From: Macrostomum lignano
Taxonomy: Eukaryota
Assembly (NCBI GenBank): GCA_002269645.1
Contig: NIVC01000070.1
Location: 992,001-1,056,000, forward strand
Reading direction: 5' to 3'
Length of the DNA: 64,000 bases
The notes under the pieces were generated by a model. It did no database searches and was not told the origin of the DNA. It saw only the letters and a list, made by a program, of their open reading frames with translations. The position numbers were made by a program, and so were the translations under genes. Shown here one piece after another: positions 1-10,652 of the stretch (positions within the stretch are counted from its first letter, which is position 1; every line of letters starts with the position of its first letter).

Positions 1-3000
1 GGCTTCCAACTGTTGGCAGGCTTTAGGCAGAAATAGCTGAGGCGACTGCCTGAAGCGGTAGAAGAACTCCAGCAGGTAGTTCCGGGCTACAGATCTCACT
101 CGCTCGTACGGCGACTGCACGGCGGTTCGGTAGAGCAGCCAGCCGATCTCCAGGGCCGACGAGTCCATGCGGCGCGAATTGGACATGAGGCGGGTGCAGT
201 GGCAGACGCAGACGCGGAGGAAATGATAAACGGGCAGATGATACTCTTTGCCCAGCAGGGAGTTGCGGCAGAATATCACGATATTGTTGATCCATTTGGT
301 GAGCACCTGGGCGCGGGTTGCGATTGGGGAGGTTTGTTTATTTTAAGATCGTGCCAGTCACTCCAAAATGTCACTCTTTAGAAAGTGACTCTTTAAAATT
401 GTCACTCTTTAGAAAGTGACTCTTTGAAATGTCACTCTTGAGAAAGTGACTCTTTGAAATTGTCACTCTTTAGAAAGTGACTCTTTTGAAATTGTCACTC
501 CTTAGAAAGTGACTCTTTTGAAATTGTCACTCTTTAGAAAGTGACTCTTTGAAATTGTCACTCTTTGGAAAGTGACTCTTTGAAATGTCACTCTTGAGAA
601 AGTGACTCTTTGAAATTGTCACTCTTGAGAAAGTGACTCTTTGAAATGTCACTCTTGAGAAAGTGACTCTTTGAAATGTCACTCCTTAGAAAGTGACTAT
701 TTTGAAATGTCACTCTTGAGAAAGTGACTCTTTGAAATTGTCACTCTTTAGAAAGTGACTCTTGAAATTGTCACTCTTTAGAAAGTGACTCTTGAAATTG
801 TCACTCCTTAGAAAGAGACTCTTTGAATTGTCACTATTTAGAAAGTGACTCTTTGAAATTTCAAACTTTAGGGAGTGACTCTTTGAAATTGTCACTCTAT
901 ATGGGAGTGACCATTTGAAATGTCACTCTTTAGGGGGTGACTCTTTGGAATGTAACTTGCTATGCATAAATTGGTACTTATTGAGTCACTGTTTAAGTCA
1001 ACTATTTAAGACTTTTTAGGAGTAAGGAGTGAAAAAATTATGATTAATAAACTGCTCACTTTCTTAATAGCCGAATAATCCAGAAAGGGGAACAGCAGCG
1101 AATTGAACAGCAGAATGAGCTCCTCAAGCGACTGCGTGTCGTCTTCGCACTTCTCAGTGAGATGTTGAAACAGTCTGATTGCCAGCTTGCGCAACTCGCA
1201 GCGCAAATTCTTGCCGGACCAGGTGATCTCGAAGCTGTCTAAGCGGTAGACAAATTTGGACACTTCAGTCGGGGCGCTGATCTCGGCCACTGGTAGCAGC
1301 GGCACCAGCTCGTCCTGCCACATGGGGGTCACGTGCTCCACGCCCTGCGGAGTTGGCAAGGAGATTAGTAAGTAAAATAGCATGTACATTTCGTCACATA
1401 CATGTACGAGCGTACGAGTATTCAGCGGGAATATGGCGAAAAAGATTCTGTCAGGAGGAGCGCCGAAATGACGTCAGAATTGGCGCCACGTCAAAAATGG
1501 CGCCAAAAAGATGTCAGAAATCTATAATATACGTTATGCGTTAATTTTACGTTATACGTGAAATATGCGTTAAAATGCTGCTAAATAGACGTTAACTAAG
1601 CACCAAAGAGACGTCAGAAATTGCGCCCAACTAGACGTCAAACATGGCGCCAATACATACGTCAGAAATGGTGCTAAATAGATGTTTAATAGACGTTAAA
1701 TAGTTAGTTAAAAGGCGTTAACTAAGCGCCAAAAATGTCAAAAATGGCGCCAAGAAAAGGTCAGAAACAGCGCCAAAGTATATGTCAGAAATTGCGCCAA
1801 AATACGTCAGAAATGGCGCCAAAATATACGATAGAAATGGCGCTAAATAGACGTCAACTTAGCGCCAAAAAAGACGGCAGAAATGGCGCCAACATAGACG
1901 TCAAACACGGCGCCAAAATAGATGTCAGAAACGGCGCCAAACTAGACGTCAGAAATGGCGCCAAAACATACTTCAGAAAGGGCGCCAAAAAATTAGCAGC
2001 GGAAAAACTGCTACGCTAGCAACAAGCAATAGTAGACAATCTCACCTGCACAGCAGACTTCAGCCAGCCAATATAAGCGGCCCGATGGTCCTGGCCGAGC
2101 TCCAGCCGGCCATCGCACATGTCGGACAGTTTCTGGGCAACGCCGCGAACAACCCCGTCGATGAGATCCTGAGCAAAGGCGACGCTCTTCTTATTTGGCA
2201 GATTAAAGTCGGCGTCGGTCACTTTGTAAGATGCCAGTTTGATCACCCGGCCCCACAGACGGGTCGGCGGAGTGTCGGCGGAATCGGCGAACAGGGGCGA
2301 CTCGGAGAACGGCCGGCAGTTCATCAGGGTCGCGGTCAGGGAGGTCAGCACGTTGTCAAGAAGCTGGCGACCGATTTTCAGCGCGTGCTTGCACTGGACT
2401 CTGGCCAGGGTGAAGATGATCTCAGTGATCTCCGCCCGGTACCTGCAAAGTGCGGTTGTTCAAAGGTAGGTGAATGTGAAACCCAACTGGGAGGATTCGA
2501 ACCAAGGACCTACAGTGTTGGTTTTAGACAGCCAAGCAAAATTAACCATTAAATCTGGGGACTGCAACTGAGGATCTGGGAGGCTGGCCCAGCAACTGAG
2601 GGTCTGCGAATCTGGCTCAGCAACTGAGGATCTGGGAGGCTGGCCCAGCAACTGAGGGTCTGCGAATCTGGCTCAGCAACTGAGGATCTGGGAGGCTGGC
2701 CCAGCAACTGAGGGTCTGCGAATCTGGCTCAGCAACTGAGGATCTGGGAGGCTGGCCCAGCAACTGATGATCTGGGAGGCTGGCCCAGCAGCTGAGGATC
2801 TGGGAGGCTGGCTGCCCAGCAACTGAGGATCTGGGAGGCTGGCCCAGCAACTGAGGATCTGGGAGGCTGGCCCAGCAACTGAGGATCTGGGAGGCTGGCC
2901 CAGCAACTGAGGATCTGGGAGGCTGGCCCAGCAAATGAGGATCTGGGAGGCTGGCCCAGCAACTGAGGATCTGGGAGGCTGGCCCAGCAACTGAGGATCT

Positions 3001-3808
3001 GGGAGGCTGGCCCAGCAACTGAGGATCTGGGAGGCTGGCCCAGCAACTGAGGATCTGAGAGGCTGGCCCAGCAACTGAGGATCTGGGATACTGGCCCAGC
3101 AACTGAGAATCTGGGAGGCTGGCCCAGCAACTGAGGATCTGGGAGGCTGGCCCAGCAACTGAGGATCTGGGATACTGGCCCAGCAACTGAGAATCTGGGA
3201 GGCTGGCCCAGCAACTGAGGATCTGGGAGGCTGGCCCAGCAACTGAGAATCTGGGAGGCTGGCCCAGCAACTGAGGATCTGGGAGGCTGGCAAGCCGAGC
3301 TGAACAGAAGCCGCTCACTTCAACAGGCCCAAGCCGCCATTGAGCACGGAGGTGACAATCTGCAGGTGCCAGAGAAATGTCGAATCCAGGAAATCGTCGG
3401 TGAAAAACTCCTCGCCCTCGCGAACCCGCTGGTGCAGCAGGCGCATGAAGTGCGGCAGGAACAGGTCGCAGGTGGTCTCGGGGATGATTCGGCAGAAGCA
3501 GTACACCAGCGAAGAGGCCACCTCGCCGCTGCTCTTCCAGTCCATGGTGTTGTTGCTGACAAAGTCGTACATTTTGTCCAGCATTCGGCGTTGAATTTCT
3601 GGCGAACTGTTGCGAATCAGATTCTCTAGAGCGGTCTGCATGGAGTCTGTCCAGGACACCTCCTCTTTGTCCACGTCTGGCGCTGCAGAGGGGTGCAGAT
3701 GGTCCTGCATGTGGGCGTACATGGCCTGCGGAGGGAAAGGATGGGCGTGCGCTGAAGATATTCCCAACAGGTGGAGTACTGTCTGTCTGTCTGTCTGTCT
3801 GTCTTAGC

Positions 3809-3860
<52 letters not shown>

Positions 3861-3912
3861 TAGTGTCTGTCTGTCTGTCTGTGTGTTTGTCTGTCTGTCT
3901 GTCTTTCTGTCC

Positions 3913-3948
<36 letters not shown>

Positions 3949-3949
3949 C

Positions 3950-3980
<31 letters not shown>

Positions 3981-3997
3981 GCCTGCCTGTCTGTCTT

Positions 3998-4050
<53 letters not shown>

Positions 4051-7000
4051 GTGTCTGTCTGTGTGTCTGTCTGTCTGTCTCTGTCTGTCTGCATGTCGGT
4101 CTGCCTCACCTGAATAACGGAGAACATCCGGTCCATCAGGTCCAGAGCGAAGTCTTCTAGCTGATCGGTCTGCAGCAGGACCTCGCGCTCCTCGGCAGTC
4201 AAATCCGGATAGCTGTCAATCATGCCGGAGCAATCGGCCACAATAATCATATTGCACAGGTGGGCAATAATCGATAATGCGCTATTGCTTTTACGAGAAT
4301 CGTTATAGTCTATGGCCGGCAGCAGGGCCCTTAGCAACGGGATCACGTGAAGCTGGCCGGCTGAATACTGGCTGGACCGCTGCACCAGAGGCAGGAGGGT
4401 CACGGCCAGACAGGACAGCGAATCGTGCAGCCGGTGCGGCTCGAGCAGCGTCTTCAAGCTGGGGAAGACGGTGTCGAGAATTCTCGGCACAACAACGTTA
4501 GGCCTCAGGAAAGCCAAGCTGCGCAGCGAGGTCAGGATTCTGCCCATCTCAATATTGCTGGTCTTGTTAAACACTGCCGTCATCGCCCTGGGCAGTATCA
4601 TGGACACCAGAGCGTCAATATGACAGTCCTTGATTTTACAAGCAACAGGGATTGGAGCGTCGTCTTCGCAGGGCTTCAGGACTCGTTCGCAGTACACCCG
4701 GATGTGCAGGTAGTTAGCGAGGCCGCACAGCACAGTGCAAAGGTCGCTGGTCCACTCGCCAGCATTGGATGGGTGAAAGAAATTGTCCACAGACTGGAAC
4801 AGCTGGTCCAGCCTGTCAATCACGCTGCTGCCGTCTTTGACAGCGTAGATAAGCACGCAGCAGGCCATGTTGATGTCGAATTTGGAGAAGCTGGCCGAGT
4901 AAGCCACCTGGCCAACTGGCAGGTCCATGCGGCGGAGCAGGCTGGTGAACAGGTGGTCCAGGTGAGGCTCCCAGTCGATGAAGCCGCGGGCACGCTGGGC
5001 GATTCTGCATGCACAGTTTGAAGGAATGCGTTTGGGACAGTTGCTGGGAATCCCGTGTATAGCCAGGGATCAGAATCCCAGGACTAATTGAGGATTATTA
5101 GAATCCCGGGATCAATTAGGGATTATCAGAATTCCGGGATTAATTGAGGAGTATCAGAATTCCGGGATTTTTTTTTAGTTTTTTTTAGAGGCAGGGGGGT
5201 TGTGTGCACCCTGGCGCACTTTAAGCGACATTGGCACACAACCGGCGAGAGGCATTGCTGCCCATTCCGCCGACTCCCCTGAGCAGGCATACAAGCGCGC
5301 GGATACGTACGCAGGCACACACTCACACAGGAGTGTACAGCGGCCCTAACTTTATCAATTGTTAGGCATGTACACTTCACTGCGCCTTGGGGGGTTGGCT
5401 CTCAAGGCCGTTAATTGCACAAGCGAGCCAAGCCGAAATTCCAATTCAGCCCCAAATTAATGTGGCTGCACTTGGAATCGAGCCTGGGTCGCTGGCACAC
5501 CAGAGCAGCTGCGCTACCGCTGGGCTACGCCCCCTCCCTGAATTCCGGGATTAATTGAGGATTATAAAAATCCCGGGATTATTTGAGGATCATCAGAACT
5601 TCGGGACTAATTGGGGATCATCAGAACCTCGGGACTAATTGAGGATCATCAGAGTTCCAGGACTAATTAAGGATTATCAGAATTTCGGGATTAATTAAGG
5701 ATTATCAGAATTCCGGGATTAATTAGGGATTATCAGAATTCCGGGATTAATTGAGGATTATAAAAATCCCGGGATTAATTGAGGATCATCAGAATCCCGG
5801 AACTAATTGAGGATAATCAGAATTCCGGTACACCTGGCTCACCTGGCCAGAATGTGCATCCCTTCCTGTTCTAGAGTCTCGTGCCGTCGGTGCCTGTGCC
5901 ACAGGTCAAGAAACTCGTCCAGCCACACGGCTAGCGCGGAGGGCAGTTCAGTCTGGTTGAAGGACACGGGCATCAGGTAGTTAAGAAAGAACAGCGCGTC
6001 ATTAAACTTCTCCGACACGGGACAGAGTCGCCAGCGAAATTCTTCCCAGATTTCCGAGACAGCCGACAGGGGGAAAAATCTGCGACTGTGTGCGGCCAGG
6101 TCGTGCAGCAGGGTGGACACGAACGAGCTGCAAAATGTTTGTTATTGCAGAGGTGTAAGGGAATCTTAGCTACTAATAGTAGGATTTAAAGCCTTATAAA
6201 TTAACAGAACAATGGCCCAGCTAATGCTGGTACCCATTTTACAGCTGGGTAAAGTGAAGCAATGCAAAGTTAAGTGTCTTGCTCAAGGACTAGCTGTTTC
6301 AGTGCGATCGGGAATCGAACCCCTGACCTTTAAGTCGTGAGTCTGACGCTTTAAAATACTAGGCTACAACCCCCTACGATATTATATTGCAGTATTATAA
6401 ACTACTAATAGTAGGGTATATTTGAAAATACCCAATCATTAAAATTACTTCATAAACTACAAAAATATCATACTACTCATAAGCTACTCACTTGGAGGTC
6501 TGCAGTAAGCCGTGCGCTTTCTCTTTGCCATAGACGTAGAATTTGATAACCTCGTACAGGGGCTTCCAGTCGAGCGTCAGGTCCCGTTTGGAAAGCAGCT
6601 TCCGCTTTCTAAGAAACAGATTAGTTGTACACATATAGTAAAACAAAGGAGACAAAAACAATCCGTTAATTTGCACTCACTTTGTCAATGTCTTGAACAC
6701 TGTAGAGAATTTCTCAATCAGCCTCGGTTCCAAGCCTTTCCAAGTGGCCAGCTGGTACACCAGCTGAGTGAATGCCACGTGATCGGCTTTGGAAAAGAAC
6801 TCTCCATAGAGCCGGATGTACCTGGTTGGTTGTCGGAAAAGAAAATTGTTTTTTTTTCGAACACTAAATGTACGAGCCCTTGATTACACACACGACCAGA
6901 TAGGACACCATGAGCACACAGGACACCCATGACCAGAGGGGACACCCACGACCAGACAGGTTACCCATGACCAGATAGGACACCATGACCAGACAGGTCA

Positions 7001-7387
7001 CCCATGACCAGATAGGACACCATGACCAGACAGGTCACCCATGACCAGATAGGACACCATGACCAGACAGGTCACCCATGACCAGACCCCTCACCTGTCC
7101 AGCTTGGCCACCCAGTAGGAAGCGCCGCAGTGCACATCCCCAAGAGCCACAGCCCTGGGCAGGTGAATCCTGAGCTCCGACAACTGAGTCAGCGCCTCAT
7201 TCTCAACCTGATCGCGAAACGGCAGCAACAGCTGATAGGTGAGCTTGCGCTGCGGCACAAAGCCAAGCCGATGCACGAATCCGGCGCTGCGATTCGATCG
7301 CTCGGCTTCAATGGCGGCGGCCGCCGCCGCGGCTGCTTCGCTGTTGAAGGAGGCATTGTCCTCGTCTTGCGAGTCCGACATTGCCAT
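1..7387 (-). CDS. PSME4: Proteasome activator complex subunit 4 (PA200/Blm10), 5' part; 9 exons, gene continues beyond position 1
   Basis: Exons (minus): 7095-7387, 6681-6821, 6492-6608, 5843-6127, 4110-5004, 3319-3725, 2046-2442, 1060-1344, 1-306. All junctions are GT-AG with consistent phases. The translation follows PA200 motifs colinearly: [96 protein letters not shown]. The frame stays open for a further 55 codons to an acceptor at 7553 (see findings). Confidence 0.95.
357..955. repeat. Minisatellite, about 30-31-bp quasi-palindromic unit (gaaagtgactctttgaaattgtcactcttta), about 19 copies, PSME4 intron 8
   Basis: Alternating GTGAC/GTCAC half-units seen directly. Confidence 0.95.
1460..1995. 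repeat. Degenerate repeat of gacgtcagaaatggcgccaaa motifs, PSME4 intron 7
   Basis: Recurrent ggcgccaaa and gacgtca motifs at irregular spacing of about 20-27 bp. Confidence 0.8.
2561..3292. repeat. Minisatellite, 28-bp unit ctgaggatctgggaggctggcccagcaa, about 26 copies, PSME4 intron 6
   Basis: Direct periodicity; explains the spurious ORFs at 2617-3318. Confidence 0.97.
3779..4092. repeat. (TGTC)n microsatellite, PSME4 intron 5
   Basis: Direct. Confidence 0.98.
5068..5830. repeat. Minisatellite, 28-bp unit gaattccgggattaattgaggattatca, interrupted by a SINE, PSME4 intron 4
   Basis: Copies lie on both sides of the 5170-5539 SINE. Confidence 0.92.
5170..5539 (-). mobile_element. tRNA-derived SINE (about 370 bp) with A-rich tail and target-site duplication, in PSME4 intron 4
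   Basis: Minus-strand head GGGGGCGTAGCCCAGCGG (A box)...GGCTCGATTCC (B box); tail A8-CT-A-run at about 5170-5187; flanked by gaattccgggatt at 5157-5169 and 5540-5552 inside a 28-bp minisatellite. Confidence 0.85.
6150..6374 (-). mobile_element. CORE-SINE-like element (tRNA head plus MIR-type CORE), in PSME4 intron 3
   Basis: Minus strand GGGGTTGTAGCCTAGT...GGGGTTCGATTCCC followed by CCTTGAGCAAGACACTTAACTTTGCATTGCTTCACTTTACCCAGCTGTAAAATGGG, which closely resembles the MIR CORE (CCTTGGGCAAGTTACTTAAC...CTGTAAAATGGG). The 3' boundary is approximate. Confidence 0.75.
6894..7087. repeat. 18/19-bp dimeric minisatellite (accagataggacaccatg / accagacaggtcacccatg), PSME4 intron 1
   Basis: Direct; ends 7 nt from the 5' splice site. 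Confidence 0.92.
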
Positions 7388-7669
7388 GTTGCTCGAGTCA
7401 AAATCGTACGCGTGATTATTTTGATGCAGGTAGGGGGCCCGACGGAGGGTGTTGGCGGCGGAGCCGTTGCTTTTGCTGGCGCTGGCACCGGTGCTGCCGC
7501 TGCTGCCGCCAACACAGCCGACAGCGCTGTTGCATCGAAGACTTGGTACAGACTGAAAACCGAGATCTGCTGTGTTAAGTGCTTGCGAGGCAACTTGAAT
7601 CAGGAATTTTTTATTTGAAAGGGTTCCGGCCTAGGCTTCTATGTACATTGTGAGGTGAGGAAGGAACTC

Positions 7670-8500
7670 TAGGGGTGCTGGGCAGGGATGAGTGTACATT
7701 GTGGAATAGGGGTGCTGGGCAGAGATGAGTGTACATTGTGGACTAGGGGTGCTAGGCGGGGCTGAATGCACAGTGTGGACTAGGGGTGCTGGGCGGGGCT
7801 GAATGCACAGTGTGGACTAGGGGTGCTAGGCGGGGCTGAATGCACAGTGTGGACTAGGGGTGCTAGGCGGGGCTGAATGCACAGTGTGGACTAGGGGTGC
7901 TAGGCGGGGCTGAATGCACAGTGTGGACTAGGGGTGCTAGGCGGGGCTGAATGCACAGTGTGGACTAGGGGTGCTAGGCGGGGCTGAATGCACAGTGTGG
8001 ACTAGGGGTGCTAGGCGGGGCTGAATGCACAGTGTGGACTAGGGGTGCTAGGCGGGGCTGAATGCACAGTGTGGAATAGGGGTGCTAGGCGGGGCTGAAT
8101 GCACAGTGTGGACTAGGGGTGCTAGGCGGGGCTGAATGTACAGTGTGGACTAGGGGTGCTAGGCGGGGCTGAATGTACAGTGTGGACTAGGGGTGCTAGG
8201 CGGGGCTGAATGCACAGTGTGGACTAGGGGTGCTAGGCGGGGCTGAATGTACAGTGTGGACTAGGGGTGCTAGGCGGGGCTGAATGTACAGTGTGGACTA
8301 GGGGTGCTAGGCGGGGCTGAATGCACAGTGTGGAATAGGGGTGCTAGGCGGGGCTGAATGCACAGTGTGGAATAGGGGTGCTAGGCGGGGCTGAATGCAC
8401 AGTGTGGACTAGGGGTGCTAGGCGGGGCTGAATGCACAGTGTGGACTAGGGGTGCTAGGCGGGGCTGAATGCACAGTGTGGACTAGGGGTGCTAGGCGGG
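7670..8500. repeat. Minisatellite, 37-bp unit ggactaggggtgctaggcggggctgaatgcacagtgt, about 21 copies
   Basis: Direct; copies nearly identical. Confidence 0.97.
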
Positions 8501-8885
8501 ACTGCTCCCTGTGAAAATTAAAAAAATATTGGTCTAAAAAACCTAACTTTACTTTAAAACAAGAAAGCAAGCCTGAATTATTAGCGTAAGCGCAAAAAGA
8601 TTAAATATATTGTTTTATTTAATTATTTGACGGCAATACTAAGATCCCAAGCTTTTAGCTGGATAAAAGATTAACGTATGGCTTACAGTATAGAGAGTTC
8701 GATTGAAAATAGTACTTACTGACTCTGAGTACACAACATCAACGAAAAAATTACCGATTTTACGTACTTGCGTATAACAGCTTTACGCAACAAAAATAAA
8801 AAAACTGATTGTAACAAAGCTAGAAAAACTACTTTTATAGCCGGAAAATTTGCTTTCTACTTTCTTCGTCTACGCCGAGCTGAAA

Positions 8886-9850
8886 TAGGGTTGACAGGGA
8901 GCTAGTGTACATGGGTTAGGGGTTGACAGGGAGCTAGTGTACATGGGTTAGGGGTTGACAGGGAGCTAGTGTACATGGAGGGTGGGGTATGGGTTGACAG
9001 AGAGCTAGTGTACATGGAGGGGTGGGGTATGGGTTGACAGGGAGTTAGTGTACATGGAGGGTGGGGTAGGGTTTGACAGGGAGCTAGTGTACATGGAGGA
9101 GTGGGGTAGGGTTTGACAGGGAGCTAGTGTACATGGAGGAGTGGGGTAGGGGTTGACAGGGAGCTAGTGTACATGGAGGAGTGGGGTATGGGTTGAAAGG
9201 GAGCTAGTGTACATGGAGGGTGGGGTAGGGGTTGACAGGGAGCTAGTGTACATGGAGGAGTGGGGTAGGGGTTGACAGGGAGCTAGTGTACATGGGTTAG
9301 GGGTTGACAGGGAGCTAGTGTACATGGGTTAGGGGTTGACAGGGAGCTAGTGTACATGGGTTAGGGGTTGACAGGGAGCTAGTGTACATGGAGGGTGGGG
9401 TAGGGGTTGACAGAGAGCTAGTGTACATGGAGGGGTGGAGTATGGGTTGACAGGTAGTTAGTGTACATGGAGGGGTGGGGTATGGGTTGACAGGGAGTTA
9501 GTGTACATGGAGGGTGGGGTAGGGTTTGACAGGGAGCTAGTGTACATGGAGGAGTGGGGTAGGGGTTGACAGGGAGCTAGTGTACATGGAGGAGTGGGGT
9601 AGGGGTTGAAAGGGAGCTAGTGTACATGGAGGGTGGGGTAGGGGTTGACAGGGAGCTAGTGTACATGGGTTAGGGGTTGACAGGGAGCTAGTGTACATGG
9701 GTTAGGGGTTGACAGGGAGCTAGTGTACATGGGTTAGGGGTTGACAGGGAGCTAGTGTACATGGGTTAGGGGTTGACAGGGAGCTAGTGTACATGGAGGA
9801 GTGGGGTAGGGGTTCACAGGAGCTAGTGTGCATGGAAGGGTGAGGTAGGG
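8886..9850. repeat. G-rich minisatellite, 32-bp and 39-40-bp variants of ggggttgacagggagctagtgtacatgggtta
   Basis: Direct. Confidence 0.96.
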
Positions 9851-10652
9851 TTGGCATACTCACCCTAAATCCATTTACTAAAATCTAAACTAAAGTTTAT
9901 CACGCGATAGAGTGAAAACTTGAGAGAGGCGCAGTTGAACAGAAAATACAAAAATTCAAATAATCGCAAATAAAATCAACCACTAAGCAAGAAGTAACTA
10001 GTAACTCAGGAATAGTGCGCATCATTCAACCAGTTCCAAAGGTCATGGTTACAATTGCCAAAATTTGAAGAAAAAAACAAAAAAAACATAAGATTAAGAC
10101 GACTTCTAAAAAACTAAATAATTCTAGATCAGAATTTGAGGACAAACTGCAAAAATCCGATGTGGAAATGTTACACATTACAAAAGAAAGTATCTCAATA
10201 GTGAAACGAATTGCTTATAGGGATATAGGATTTATATTCCACCATATTTAATAGTATAGTTTATCGGTTTAGGCGAATTATAAACAAACAAAAGTGCAAA
10301 AGGAAATATAATGGGAATATGTATCACCGTATCTATCAATTCAGACCTTTATTTACATTTAAAATAATAAATTTAATAATAAAGTTTTGATTCCATGTGC
10401 GAACAGCCTGCTCTAAGTAGTCAGCTTAAAATCTGGATTTTATCTTTTTTAAAATTGATCAATTGTGATTAATTCTACTCGCGCATTTAAACAAAAACTT
10501 TAACAAACTAACGGTGCGGTAAGGTGTGTTGCGTTAACCAGAGAATATTTATTTGTGAAGAGGTGCAAGGAAATAAAACTGAATCAATTCAAGCAGTCTG
10601 AAGCTTTGTATTTCATTTCGTTCCAAGAACCAAGACAGTTTTGCGCGTACAA

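Noticed and set aside
2617-3318. ORFs of 160-230 aa with 28-aa periodicity
   Set aside because: Translation of a 28-bp intronic minisatellite between two well-supported PSME4 exons.
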